Shown here piece by piece: positions 55,031-64,000 of a stretch of 64,000 nt of DNA (its first letter is position 1; every line of letters begins with the position of its first letter). A model generated the notes under the pieces. That model did not search any database. It had not been told where the DNA came from and saw nothing but the letters and a program-made list of their open reading frames with translations. Source of the DNA: Alphaproteobacteria bacterium (GTDB lineage Bacteria > Pseudomonadota > Alphaproteobacteria > MPNO01); NCBI GenBank assembly GCA_964291675.2, contig OZ219866.1:3104001-3168000 (forward strand), written 5' to 3'. The position numbers and the translations under genes are program-made.

Positions 55031-56053
55031 TCAATCCATGGGTCGTTCTACCCTACATTCGATGCCCGATCTCCCGTTGCGTGCCGTCCTGCGATGTCCC
55101 AGCAGCACGGCCACGACCAGCAACGGCAGGTTGAAGACCGCCAGGTACACGGCGATGTCGGACGGCAACATCTGTCCGCCGTAGTACAGCGATTCGACAA
55201 CCATGCCAGTCGTACCGACAAACCGAGGAGGAGCTATGGGCAGGAACAGCTCCATCGCCAGCATCACCAGCGCCGCCGTGCTCAACGCGGACACGACACC
55301 GACCGTCCACGCGGCGCGTCGATACCCCAGGCGCCAGAGGAGCCGGCAAGGCAGTGCAATCATCAGACCAGCAGGCGAAAACACGAAGAGCGTCACCGCG
55401 AACATCGGCAGCAACCTGACCCACAATTGAACCTCGCCCATCGGCACGACGCCCAGCGGGGCCAGGAGCAACCGGAGCGCTTCTTGGGGAAGCGTGGCGC
55501 GCAGGGCCGGAAGAAGCTGGATCAGCATGCCCCCGCTTGCCTCTGCCGGAAGCCACAGCAATGCAAGGAGCCAGAAGCCGACACTCAAAGACCTCCGGCG
55601 AGGCGCTTCCGCATGGGTCGCTTCGGGACGCGGAAGCATCGCGATCGCGATCCAGACCAGCCCACCGACGATTGCCGGGTAGACGACAATCCAGACCGGC
55701 AATGTCATCGCGAGGATACTCGGCGCAAACGCCAATGCGCCGATGATCCACTGCAGCGAGCGGATCAACTCGCCGTCCGAGGAAATGATCGCCGCCGTGG
55801 CGGCAAACAGCACAATACCGGCCGACCAGGCCATGCGACGATATCCCAATCGCCAGAGCCACCTGCACAGCAGTGCGCTCGGCAACCCCATCGGGGCGAG
55901 GATCGGGATCGCAAGGAGCAACCAAATCAGGGTCTGCGCAGGACCGACAGGGGGAACCACGGCGTCCATCCGGGGGACGAAGGAGACCAGGCGGTCTCCC
56001 ACTTCGATGGCCGGCACCCACATCAGCGCCAGCGCCCAGAAGCTGGCCGTCAT
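55031..56053 (-). CDS. hypothetical polytopic membrane protein with internal duplication
   Basis: two repeats of FW.LAL.W.PA...CR.LWRLGYRR.AW..G.V; less GC-biased codons than host genes; start uncertain. Confidence 0.7.
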   Translation of the reverse strand: MTASFWALALMWVPAIEVGDRLVSFVPRMDAVVPPVGPAQTLIWLLLAIPILAPMGLPSALLCRWLWRLGYRRMAWSAGIVLFAATAAIISSDGELIRSLQWIIGALAFAPSILAMTLPVWIVVYPAIVGGLVWIAIAMLPRPEATHAEAPRRRSLSVGFWLLALLWLPAEASGGMLIQLLPALRATLPQEALRLLLAPLGVVPMGEVQLWVRLLPMFAVTLFVFSPAGLMIALPCRLLWRLGYRRAAWTVGVVSALSTAALVMLAMELFLPIAPPRFVGTTGMVVESLYYGGQMLPSDIAVYLAVFNLPLLVVAVLLGHRRTARNGRSGIECRVERPMD

Positions 56054-56256
56054 GCCGGAAACCCGGCGGTCGGTATGTTGCAGGAATCGGAACCGCACGT
56101 GTGCTTCGAGCCTCAATGTCGATGCCGGCAATCCGGGTGGCAAAGTCTTCTCCCGCTGTTGCGTAGCTGCAACAACCGAAGCCCGCAACCGTTGCGGCAG
56201 GAGCGGATGACCCCATGGTGGATGGCAGGAGGAACGGTCGCTGGGTGGGAAGGCGG

Positions 56257-58224
56257 TTACCGGCGGCCCTGCGGCTCCATGGCGGCGGCGGATTTCGCGA
56301 GCCGGACGAGGCCGACGAACTCGGCCCGGTAGCCGAACCGGTCCTTGCCCTTGGCCGCTTGAGCGGCGGCGAGGACGTCGTCATAGCCGTAGTCGCCGGT
56401 GTAGCGGCCGCCGCGCAGGATCTGCCCGAACGCGGCGACGGCGGCGGCGAAGCGGAGATCCCGCGGCGCCTCGTCCGCGTTCCCGAACGCATCGGCCGGG
56501 GTGACCTGCCGGGCCATCCTCGCGCTCTTCCCGGCGTCGGGCTTCTTGTAGCGGATGGAGACGGTGGCGAACTCGTTAACCGACCCGCCGCCCGTCCGGG
56601 CCTTCTGCCGGCCGTAGCGCAGCGGCGCGGTCAACTCGCCGCCCGAGCCCGCAAGCGCGACCTCGTAGAGCGCGGTCACCGTGTGGCCGGCGCCGATCTC
56701 GCCGGCGTCCACCTTGTCGTTGCGGAAGTCCTCGCGCGCCAGCATCCGGGTCTCGTAGCCGATCAGCCGGTATTCGGCGATGAGCGCCGGGTTGAACTCG
56801 ACCTGGATCTTGACGTCCCTGGCGATCGGGAAGAGCGTCGATCCCGCCTCCTGAACCAGCACCTTGCGCGCCTCCGACAGGCTGTCGATATAGGCCGCGT
56901 TGCCGTTGCCGCTCTGCGCAAGGCGCTGCATGAGTTCGTCGTTGTAGTTCCCCATGCCGAAGCCGAGGACTGAGAGATAGACGCCGCTGTCCCGCTTGCG
57001 CGCGATATAGCCTTCCAGCTGCTCCGGATCGGCGATGCCGACATTGAAGTCGCCGTCGGTGGCGAGGATCACGCGGTTGATGCCGCCCTCGACGAAATGC
57101 TGCTCGGCGAGGAGATAGGCCTGGCGGATCCCCTCCGCGCCCGCCGTCGACCCGCCCGCATCGAGGCGGTCCAGCGCGGCGGCGATCTTCGCGGGCTCGG
57201 CCGCTTCGGTCGGGGGGAGCACCGTGCCCGCGGCGCCCGCATAGGTGACGATCGCCACCCTATCGTCGGCCGCCAGCGCGCCCAGCAACAGCTTGAACGA
57301 GCTCTTCAGGAGCGGCAGCTTGTCGGGCGCGTCCATCGAGCCCGAGCTGTCGATCAGGAACACCAGGTTGGCGCGCGGGCGAGACTCGCGCTCGGGAACG
57401 TAGCCCTTGATGCCGATATGCATCAGCCGCGTCGCCTCGTTCCACGGCGTCGGCATGAGCGAGGCGTGGACGGCGAACGGCGTCTCGCGGTCCTCCGGCG
57501 GCGCGTAGCCGTAGGGGAAGTAGTTGACCAGCTCTTCCGTGCGCACCGCGTTCGGCGGCGGCAACACGCCCCGGTTGAGCGAGGCGCGCATGAAGCCGTA
57601 GGACGCGGTGTCGACGTCGATCGAGAAGGTGGAGACCGGGTCCTCGGCGGCCCGCTTCACCGGGTTCGCGTCGAAGGATGAGAAACGGTCGCGGTGAGCC
57701 GAGCGGGGCGGCTCCGAGGGACGGTACATCGACAAGGCCCGTCCGGAGTCCTGCAACAGCAAGTGCTGCAGATCCTTCGACAAGGCCTCACGGGATGCCC
57801 CCTCCGTCTGAATCCGCCGCCAACGCTCCTCCATGGCCTTTCTTCCGGCGGCGGCCTGGCGCGATTCCGGCGGCGCCGGGGCCGGTTCCGATGTGCCGGG
57901 GCCCGGTCGGGCAGCGGCCATTTGCTGCTCCTCCGTGCCGGAACCGGGGAGCCAGAGTGTTCGGTATCCGACGACGCCGGCAACCACGAGACAGGCGGTC
58001 AGACCTGCAAGGGCGAGATGGGGACGGGGCATCGGGATCCTCCGCAGCCAGGACGTACCCTGTCCGGGTACACGCCCTATCTGACGGCTCCCGTGTCGAA
58101 ATCCTTGGCGGTGTCGGTCGAAAGCGGCCATCGCCGCCTCCATCGTCCGCTCGCGGTCGCCCGGCGACGGGCGCGGCGGGTTGGCGTGGAGCGCCCTCTG
58201 CAACCTGTCGAAGTCGTCGTTCAC
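56257..58224 (-). CDS. YfbK-like vWA domain protein with N-terminal membrane anchor
   Basis: STFSIDVDTASY, EELVNYF, MIDAS DSSGSM, ATDGDFNVG, YRLIGYE, DAGEIG.GH; GTG overlaps sigma stop. Confidence 0.88.
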   Translation of the reverse strand: MNDDFDRLQRALHANPPRPSPGDRERTMEAAMAAFDRHRQGFRHGSRQIGRVPGQGTSWLRRIPMPRPHLALAGLTACLVVAGVVGYRTLWLPGSGTEEQQMAAARPGPGTSEPAPAPPESRQAAAGRKAMEERWRRIQTEGASREALSKDLQHLLLQDSGRALSMYRPSEPPRSAHRDRFSSFDANPVKRAAEDPVSTFSIDVDTASYGFMRASLNRGVLPPPNAVRTEELVNYFPYGYAPPEDRETPFAVHASLMPTPWNEATRLMHIGIKGYVPERESRPRANLVFLIDSSGSMDAPDKLPLLKSSFKLLLGALAADDRVAIVTYAGAAGTVLPPTEAAEPAKIAAALDRLDAGGSTAGAEGIRQAYLLAEQHFVEGGINRVILATDGDFNVGIADPEQLEGYIARKRDSGVYLSVLGFGMGNYNDELMQRLAQSGNGNAAYIDSLSEARKVLVQEAGSTLFPIARDVKIQVEFNPALIAEYRLIGYETRMLAREDFRNDKVDAGEIGAGHTVTALYEVALAGSGGELTAPLRYGRQKARTGGGSVNEFATVSIRYKKPDAGKSARMARQVTPADAFGNADEAPRDLRFAAAVAAFGQILRGGRYTGDYGYDDVLAAAQAAKGKDRFGYRAEFVGLVRLAKSAAAMEPQGRR

Positions 58225-58766
58225 GGCGTCACCTCGCTGCCGGCCAGCATCGCGCGCAGCCGCTTGCGCGCCTCGTGCATGCGCCACGACACGGTGGATT
58301 CGGAGACGCCCAGCACCTCGGCGGCTTCCGCATGCCGCAACCCCTCCTCGATCACCAGGGTCACGGTCGTTCGCAAATCGGCGCCGAGCATCTCCAGCAC
58401 CTGGCGCAGCCAGACGGCCTCGTCCTCGCGCTCGGCCTGTCCGGCCCGGGTCAGGGTGTCGATCTCGGCGAACGCCTGCTCGTTGCGCCGCCTCGCGCCG
58501 TCGCGCCGCAGGCGGTCGCGCGCGGCGTTGACCACCACCCGGTAGAGCCAGGTGGTGAACCGGCTCTCGCCCCGGTATGAGGCGAGCCGGGCGGCCAGGC
58601 CGACGCACACATCCTGCGCCAGGTCGGCCGCATCGTCCGCGTCGCCCAGCACCCGCGCGCCCACCCGGTATATCCGTTCGTAGTGACGCTCGATGAGCGC
58701 CGCAAAGGCGTCGCGGTCACCGGCCGCGGCTCGTCCGGCCAGCGCGCCGTCGGTCTCCCCGTTCAT
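58221..58766 (-). CDS. ECF RNA polymerase sigma factor
   Basis: GD..AF..L, DAADLAQD, FTTWLYRV, region 4 EAAEVLGVSESTVSWRMHEAR. Confidence 0.92.
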   Translation of the reverse strand: MNGETDGALAGRAAAGDRDAFAALIERHYERIYRVGARVLGDADDAADLAQDVCVGLAARLASYRGESRFTTWLYRVVVNAARDRLRRDGARRRNEQAFAEIDTLTRAGQAEREDEAVWLRQVLEMLGADLRTTVTLVIEEGLRHAEAAEVLGVSESTVSWRMHEARKRLRAMLAGSEVTP

Positions 58767-58893
58767 CTGGGCACAAGTGTCCAACGCGGTCCCACCCTAT
58801 GGAGTTTGACGCATCCCGGCGGCGAAATCCTTGGCCGGCTTGGCGGCGCGGTGCTACGGTCGCGTCATCCGACGGCGGGACGGGAGACGGCGC

Positions 58894-59694
58894 GTGCAAG
58901 TCACCCTGCTGGGCACCGGGCTGCCCTTCCCCAATCCGAAGCGGCGCGGCCCGGGCTACGCGGTGCGGGCCGGGTCGAACGGCTTCCTGGTCGATTGCGG
59001 CTCCGGCGTGGTGGTGCGGCTGGTCGAGGCGGGGGTACCGCTCGACAGCATCGAGCACGTCTTCATCACCCACCTGCATTCCGACCACTACATCGATCTC
59101 GGGCATTTCATCATCTGCCGCTGGATCCTGGGCGGCGACGCGCCGTGGCACATCTACGGGCCGCCCGGGCTTCGGCCGATGGTCGACCAGCTGCTCGAGA
59201 TGCACCGCCCGGACCTCGAAAGGCGCATGAAGATCCGCACCGCGCGGCGGGAAATGCCCAATATCGTGGTGCACGAGATCGACCAGGGCCTCGCGGCCGA
59301 AATCGACGGGATCGAGGTCACCGCCTTCGATGTCGACCACTTCCCGCTGGAACAGCCCTTCGGCTACCGCTTCGAATCGAAGGACCGGCGGATCGTTCTG
59401 TCCGGCGACACCTGCCCCTGCGAGAATCTGATCCGGCACGCGCACCGGGCGGATATCCTGATCCACGAATGCATGCAGTACGAGAAGTGGCGGGCGCCCG
59501 AGATCGACAAGAGCCACACCGCGCACGCCCACACCTCGCCCGAACGGCTCTCGCTGGTCGCCCGGGACGCCGAGGTGAACATGCTGGTCACCACCCACAT
59601 GATGCCCGACGCGGTGCCCCGCGAGCTCAGCGAGATCATCCGCCGCGACTACCGGGGACCGCTCGCCATCGGCGAGGATCTGATGACGCTGTAG
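58894..59694 (+). CDS. MBL-fold metallohydrolase (RNase Z/AtsA-like)
   Basis: LLGTG, VDCG, THLHSDH, SGDT, HE, HT, TH. Confidence 0.85.
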   Translation: MQVTLLGTGLPFPNPKRRGPGYAVRAGSNGFLVDCGSGVVVRLVEAGVPLDSIEHVFITHLHSDHYIDLGHFIICRWILGGDAPWHIYGPPGLRPMVDQLLEMHRPDLERRMKIRTARREMPNIVVHEIDQGLAAEIDGIEVTAFDVDHFPLEQPFGYRFESKDRRIVLSGDTCPCENLIRHAHRADILIHECMQYEKWRAPEIDKSHTAHAHTSPERLSLVARDAEVNMLVTTHMMPDAVPRELSEIIRRDYRGPLAIGEDLMTL

Positions 59695-59705
59695 GGGAAC
59701 CTCGC

Positions 59706-60548
59706 CTACAGCCCGAGGACGGTCTCGGCGTTGCCGTGGAAGAATTTTTCTAGGAACGCGTCGCTGTAGCCGACCTTGCCCCATTCCTCGAACAGCCGCC
59801 CGTAGGGCATCGAGGGGTAGTCGCTGCCGAACATCACCTTGTCCTTCAGGCGCGAGCGCATGTCGCGCAGCAGCGACTCGGGGATGTATTTGGGCGCCCA
59901 GCCGGACATCTCCCAGAACACGTTGCCCTTGTGCAGCGCGACCGCCGTCATCTCCTCGATCCACGGCCAGCCGGGATGGGCGGCGACGATGGTGAGCGCC
60001 GGGAAATCCGCGGCGAGGTCGTCGATCGCCGACGGGTGGGCGTGGCGGATCCGGGCGCCGAGACCGCCCGGCATGCCGGCCCCCATGCCGGTGGTGCCGA
60101 CATCGATCATCACCGGCACGCCGAGCGCCGCGATCGCTTCCCATAGCGGGTAGAAGCGGCGCTCGTTGACCGCGAAGTGGCCCATGATGGGGTGGAAGTG
60201 GAAGCCCAGCAGGCCGAGATCGTTGACGGCGTGCTCGGCTTCCGCGATGGCGGCCTCGCCCTTCAGCGGGTCCACCGCCCCCCAGGCCTGGATGATGCGC
60301 TCGGGGTGGCGCTTCCACATGCCGGCGACGTAGTCGTTCGAGCACGGCGGCGTGCCCACCGTGGCTTCGAGGTCGAGCGCCACCAGCACCGCCTCCACCC
60401 CCGCCTCGGCGAAATCCCGGACCACCTCGTCCTCTTCTTTGGCCGACCACTCGCGCTTCCAGTACTCGGCGAGCGCCTTCACATAGGGCCCCTGGCAGTC
60501 GATCCAGGGCTGGGTGTTGGGATAGCAGTGCAGGTCGACAATGCGCAT
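59706..60548 (-). CDS. amidohydrolase 2 family protein
   Basis: IVDLH, FHP, AHPGWPW, SGWAPKY, FGSDYP. Confidence 0.85.
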   Translation of the reverse strand: MRIVDLHCYPNTQPWIDCQGPYVKALAEYWKREWSAKEEDEVVRDFAEAGVEAVLVALDLEATVGTPPCSNDYVAGMWKRHPERIIQAWGAVDPLKGEAAIAEAEHAVNDLGLLGFHFHPIMGHFAVNERRFYPLWEAIAALGVPVMIDVGTTGMGAGMPGGLGARIRHAHPSAIDDLAADFPALTIVAAHPGWPWIEEMTAVALHKGNVFWEMSGWAPKYIPESLLRDMRSRLKDKVMFGSDYPSMPYGRLFEEWGKVGYSDAFLEKFFHGNAETVLGL

Positions 60549-60550
60549 GG

Positions 60551-62200
60551 CTAGCTGTTCGCCTCATCGGCGAGCTTGGCGGAGATCGTCTCCACTAGCG
60601 CCTTCTTCGAGACCTTGCCGAAGGCGGAGACCGGGAAGCTGTCGACGATCTCGATGCGCTCCGGCAGCTTGAAGCGCGCGATCTCCTTCTGCTCGAGGAA
60701 GCCAACCAGCTCGGCCAGCTCGATGTTGCGGCCGGGATGGAGGACGAGGTAGGCGCACATGCGCTCGCCGAGGCGCGCATCCGGCATCGGCACGCAGGCC
60801 ACGTTGCGCACCGCGGGGTGCATGAGGATCAGGTTCTCGATCTCCTCGGCCGAGATCTTCTCCCCGCCGCGGTTGATCAGGTCCTTGATCCGCCCCTCGA
60901 CGATGTAGTTGCCCGAAGAGTGCTGGCGCAGCAGGTCGCCCGAGCGGTAGAAGCCGTCATTGGTGAAGGCGCGCGCGTTGTGCTCGTCGGCCGCGAAATA
61001 GCCGCGCAGGGTATAGGGGCCGCGCACGCAGAACTCGCCCACCTCGCCGAACGGCACCAACTGGTCCTCTTCGTCGAGCAGCATGACCTCGTCGTCCGGG
61101 CACATCGGCTGTCCGACGGTCTCAAGCTGGGCGTCCTCGCTGTCGGTCCGCTTGACGAACATCAGCGTGCCCTCGGCCATGCCGAAATTCTCCTGCACGA
61201 AGGCGTTGGGATAGACCTCCCGCATCCGGCGCTTGACCTCGGGCTGGAGCCGCTGGCCGCCGCTGCCGATCATCCGCACCGACGACAGATCGTAATCGGC
61301 CGCCGCCGGATCGTTGATCCAGCCGATATGGAGCGCCGGCACGCCGATCACATGGGTCACGCGGTGCTTCTCGATCATCGCGAAGGCATCCGGCGCGCGG
61401 GCGCTGGTCGACAGCACCACGGCGGCGCCGTTGAGCAGATAGCCCTGCAAGCCGGGGCAGGCGAGCGGCAGGTTGTGCGCGATCGGCAGCACGATGAAGA
61501 GCCGCGAATCGGGCGTCACCTCGGTCTCCCGCGCCGCCTGTTTCGAGTTGTAGGCGTAGTCGTTATGGGTGCGCGGGATCAGCTTGGGGATGCCGGTGGT
61601 CCCGCCGGAGAGCTGGAACACCGCGGGATCGGCGGGGTCGATCTCGATCGCGGCCAGCGCGTCCGCGCCGAGCGGCGACGGCCGTTCGATCAGCTCGCGC
61701 AGCGACACCGAATCGCCCGTCGCCTCGCCCATGACGACGAGATGTTTCAGGCGGCCGTTCTCCGCCCGCACCCGCGCCGCCATGTCGCGGTAGTCGAAGC
61801 CGCGGATCGTGTCGGGAATGACGCAGGCGGTCGCGCCCGACAGCGCCACGAACTGGCCGATCTCGGCGAAGCGATGGGTGACCAGCGCCGCGATGGGGAT
61901 GCAGCCGGCCTTCTGCAGCGCGACGTAGAGGACCGCGAACTCCTTCACGTTGGGGAGCTGGATCACCACCCGGTCGAGCGGTCTCAGCCCGAGCGCCACC
62001 AGGTTGAGCGCCAGATTGGTCGACATCCGGTCGAGCTCGCCATAGCTCAGCTCGCCGGTCTCGTCGATCACCGCGACCCGGTCGGCGAATTTCTTCAGGC
62101 AGGGCTGCAGCTCGTCGCGCAGCGCGCGGTCCTCCCAGTAGCCCTTGTCGCGGTAGAGCTTCTGAAACTCGGCGGGGTAGGGGACGACGCCTTGCAGCAT
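60551..62200 (-). CDS. DhbE/EntE-like aryl-acid adenylating enzyme (AMP/CoA ligase)
   Basis: QLSGGTTGIPKLIPRTHNDY, FGMAEG, RGPYTLRGY, FYRSGD, RGGEKI. Confidence 0.88.
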   Translation of the reverse strand: MLQGVVPYPAEFQKLYRDKGYWEDRALRDELQPCLKKFADRVAVIDETGELSYGELDRMSTNLALNLVALGLRPLDRVVIQLPNVKEFAVLYVALQKAGCIPIAALVTHRFAEIGQFVALSGATACVIPDTIRGFDYRDMAARVRAENGRLKHLVVMGEATGDSVSLRELIERPSPLGADALAAIEIDPADPAVFQLSGGTTGIPKLIPRTHNDYAYNSKQAARETEVTPDSRLFIVLPIAHNLPLACPGLQGYLLNGAAVVLSTSARAPDAFAMIEKHRVTHVIGVPALHIGWINDPAAADYDLSSVRMIGSGGQRLQPEVKRRMREVYPNAFVQENFGMAEGTLMFVKRTDSEDAQLETVGQPMCPDDEVMLLDEEDQLVPFGEVGEFCVRGPYTLRGYFAADEHNARAFTNDGFYRSGDLLRQHSSGNYIVEGRIKDLINRGGEKISAEEIENLILMHPAVRNVACVPMPDARLGERMCAYLVLHPGRNIELAELVGFLEQKEIARFKLPERIEIVDSFPVSAFGKVSKKALVETISAKLADEANS

Positions 62201-62218
62201 GGCGGGCTCCGGGGCGGA

Positions 62219-62983
62219 TCAGGTGACGGCGGCAAACCCGCCGTCGATGACGACGATGTGGCCGGTGACGAATTTGTTGCTCACGACGAGGCTGAGCACG
62301 GTCTCGGCCACGTCCTCGGCGGTGGCGACGCGCTTGAGCGGCGTGTAGCGCGCGCGCCTCGCCATCAGCCCCTCGTAGTTCTCCGCCAGGGTGCGCTCCA
62401 TCCACTCGCCTTCCATCCAGCCCGGCGCGACCGCGTTGACCCGGATCTCCGGGCCGAGCGCGCCCGCCAGCGTCCGGGTCAGGTTGGCGACGGCGGCCTT
62501 GCTGGCGGCGTAGGGCAAGGGCTGCGGGCCGGGCCGCAGCCCGGCGATGGAACAGGTGTTGACGATGCAGGGCTCGGCGGATTTGCGCAGCAGCGGCACT
62601 GCGGCGCGGGTGACCTGGAACAGCCCGCGCACGTTGACCGCGAAGACCCGGTCCCAGGCATCGAGATCGACCGCGTCCATGTCCTTCGGTCCGGTCTCGA
62701 TGGTGGTGCCGGCGTTGTTGACCAGCACGTCGAGGCGGCCGAAGGCGTCCTCGCAGGCGGCCAGCATCGCCTTGACCGCGCCGTCATCGGCGACGTCGCA
62801 CCGGACGGCGAAGGATTCCGCACCCGCCGCCGCGCAGGCCGCCGCCGTCTCCTCCGCGCGCGCCCGGGAGGAGCCGTAATTGACCGCGACGTCATGGCCC
62901 GCGCGGGCGAGCGCGATCGCCGTCGCCGCGCCGATGCCGCTCGACGCGCCCGTGACCAGTGCCGTGCGCCGCTCTTCACTCAT
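62219..62983 (-). CDS. short-chain dehydrogenase/reductase
   Basis: TGASSGIG, NNAG, YAASK, VNAVAPG. Confidence 0.92.
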   Translation of the reverse strand: MSEERRTALVTGASSGIGAATAIALARAGHDVAVNYGSSRARAEETAAACAAAGAESFAVRCDVADDGAVKAMLAACEDAFGRLDVLVNNAGTTIETGPKDMDAVDLDAWDRVFAVNVRGLFQVTRAAVPLLRKSAEPCIVNTCSIAGLRPGPQPLPYAASKAAVANLTRTLAGALGPEIRVNAVAPGWMEGEWMERTLAENYEGLMARRARYTPLKRVATAEDVAETVLSLVVSNKFVTGHIVVIDGGFAAVT

Positions 62984-63064
62984 CCAGGGTTTCCGTATTT
63001 GGGCAGCAGGGTTGAAGCCGAAGGGGCCGATCCCCGTCAAGTCTTCCCATTGGAGGGCTGGCGT

Positions 63065-63823
63065 TCAACCCCGGCGCCGGCCGTCGCGGTCCCGCCTCCG
63101 CTTGCCGCTCAACGCTTCCGCCAGCGCGCCGTAGGTCGCCGAGAGCCTGACCCCGGGGCTGTCCGGGTCGGCGGCGCAGGTCTCGCACATGTTGAGGCTG
63201 GTATAGCGGGCGGGGCGCACGCTCACCGCGGTGGCCAGCAGCATGCGCTCCTCCTCGGTTTCCGGGCGCAGCGGCTCGGGACCCTCGGCGAGGCGTTTCA
63301 TCTCTTCCTCGTCGCCGCCGGCGCGGCGCGACAGCAGCTCGTAGGTCGCGCGCTCGAAGGCGGAAGCGGCCCGGTAATGCGCCTCCACGCAGCAGAGCGG
63401 GAAGCCGAGCAGCCGCGCCTCCTGCTCGATCTCCGGGCGGCCGCCGTCGGCCAGCGCCTTGAGCTCGTCGGCGATCGCGCGTCCCTTGGCGATGTAATGC
63501 GCGCGGCCCTCGTCGAGCCCCTTGCGGCCGGTCTCGACGAACCAGCCGGGAAGGTCGGAGGACGGGCGGATGGCCTCCCAGTAGGGACCCGGGACGACAT
63601 AGAGCCGGTTGGAGGCGGCGACTTCCAGCACCGCCGCCCGCCAGCCGTCGTGATCGAAGCCGCGCCCGGTCACGTAGACCGGCTTGATCCCCGCCATCAT
63701 GGCGACGAAGTCGATCGCTTCCTGCGCCGCGGTGGCGCGCACGTAGCCGTCGGACCAGTCGATCTGCGCGGCATACAGCTTTCTGAGCGCCGAGCGCAGC
63801 CGGGGCTTGTTGGCGAGCTTCAT
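63065..63823 (-). CDS. hypothetical Cys-motif protein
   Basis: 252 aa with host-like codons; LLGFPLCCV and CETC motifs; ATG overlaps upstream stop. Confidence 0.7.
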   Translation of the reverse strand: MKLANKPRLRSALRKLYAAQIDWSDGYVRATAAQEAIDFVAMMAGIKPVYVTGRGFDHDGWRAAVLEVAASNRLYVVPGPYWEAIRPSSDLPGWFVETGRKGLDEGRAHYIAKGRAIADELKALADGGRPEIEQEARLLGFPLCCVEAHYRAASAFERATYELLSRRAGGDEEEMKRLAEGPEPLRPETEEERMLLATAVSVRPARYTSLNMCETCAADPDSPGVRLSATYGALAEALSGKRRRDRDGRRRG

Positions 63824-64000
63824 GCGCTTCTCCGGCGCCGCCGGGGCGGCCCCGCGGTCCGCAACAGGGCGATCAGCGGGATGGTCGCCAGCGCCGCGAT
63901 GGCGAGGGCATGGAAGTCGTTGGCGAAGCCGATCGCCTGGGCCTGGCGGAAGATCTCGCCATCCAGCGCGGCGATGCCGGGGGACGAGGCGGGGTCCCAC
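63820..64000 (-). CDS. C-terminus of a probable DHA2 (EmrB/QacA) MFS transporter, truncated by window edge
   Basis: frame not in ORF track: ..LDGEIFRQAQAIGFANDF followed by a hydrophobic helix, then TGA at 63820. Confidence 0.6.
   Translation of the reverse strand, partial: WDPASSPGIAALDGEIFRQAQAIGFANDFHALAIAALATIPLIALLRTAGPPRRRRRSA

Noticed and set aside
60551-62200. Siderophore/NRPS cluster
   Set aside because: No carrier protein, condensation domain, isochorismate genes or receptor in the window

Overview
Very GC-rich alphaproteobacterial chromosome segment, Rhodospirillales-like by gene order (thrC-M16 peptidase, ispH-thrB-rnhA, split gcvPA/gcvPB). About half (23.5-52.6 kb) is core translation/transcription machinery: tRNA-Tyr/Gly-tuf-tRNA-Trp-secE-nusG-rplKAJL-rpoBC-rpsLG-fusA-tuf-S10-spc-secY-adk. 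It stops after adk without rpsM-rpsK-rpoA-rplQ. The first 13.5 kb holds housekeeping genes and a glycine-riboswitch-controlled gcvT-H-PA-PB operon. Three accessory areas stand out. (1) A ~4.9 kb integrase-less islet at the 3' end of tRNA-Thr(TGT), with an MmeI-like Type IIL restriction-modification gene and two hypothetical genes; at its far edge a perfect parS sits in the middle of three tandem palindromes, ahead of an orphan sigma70 promoter. (2) A three-gene operon joining a barbiturase-type ring-opening amidohydrolase to FdrA and YlbE/DUF1116; this is the best candidate for an undescribed pathway (phosphorolytic, carbamoyl-transfer breakdown of ureidomalonate). (3) After adk, putative aromatic/heterocycle catabolic genes (bicupin, DapA-like aldolase, aryl-acid adenylating enzyme, amidohydrolase, SDR), interrupted by an ECF sigma/vWA module whose last 18 codons recur with only synonymous changes on the far side of an inserted membrane-protein gene. 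All calls come from reading motifs by eye; no database searches were run.
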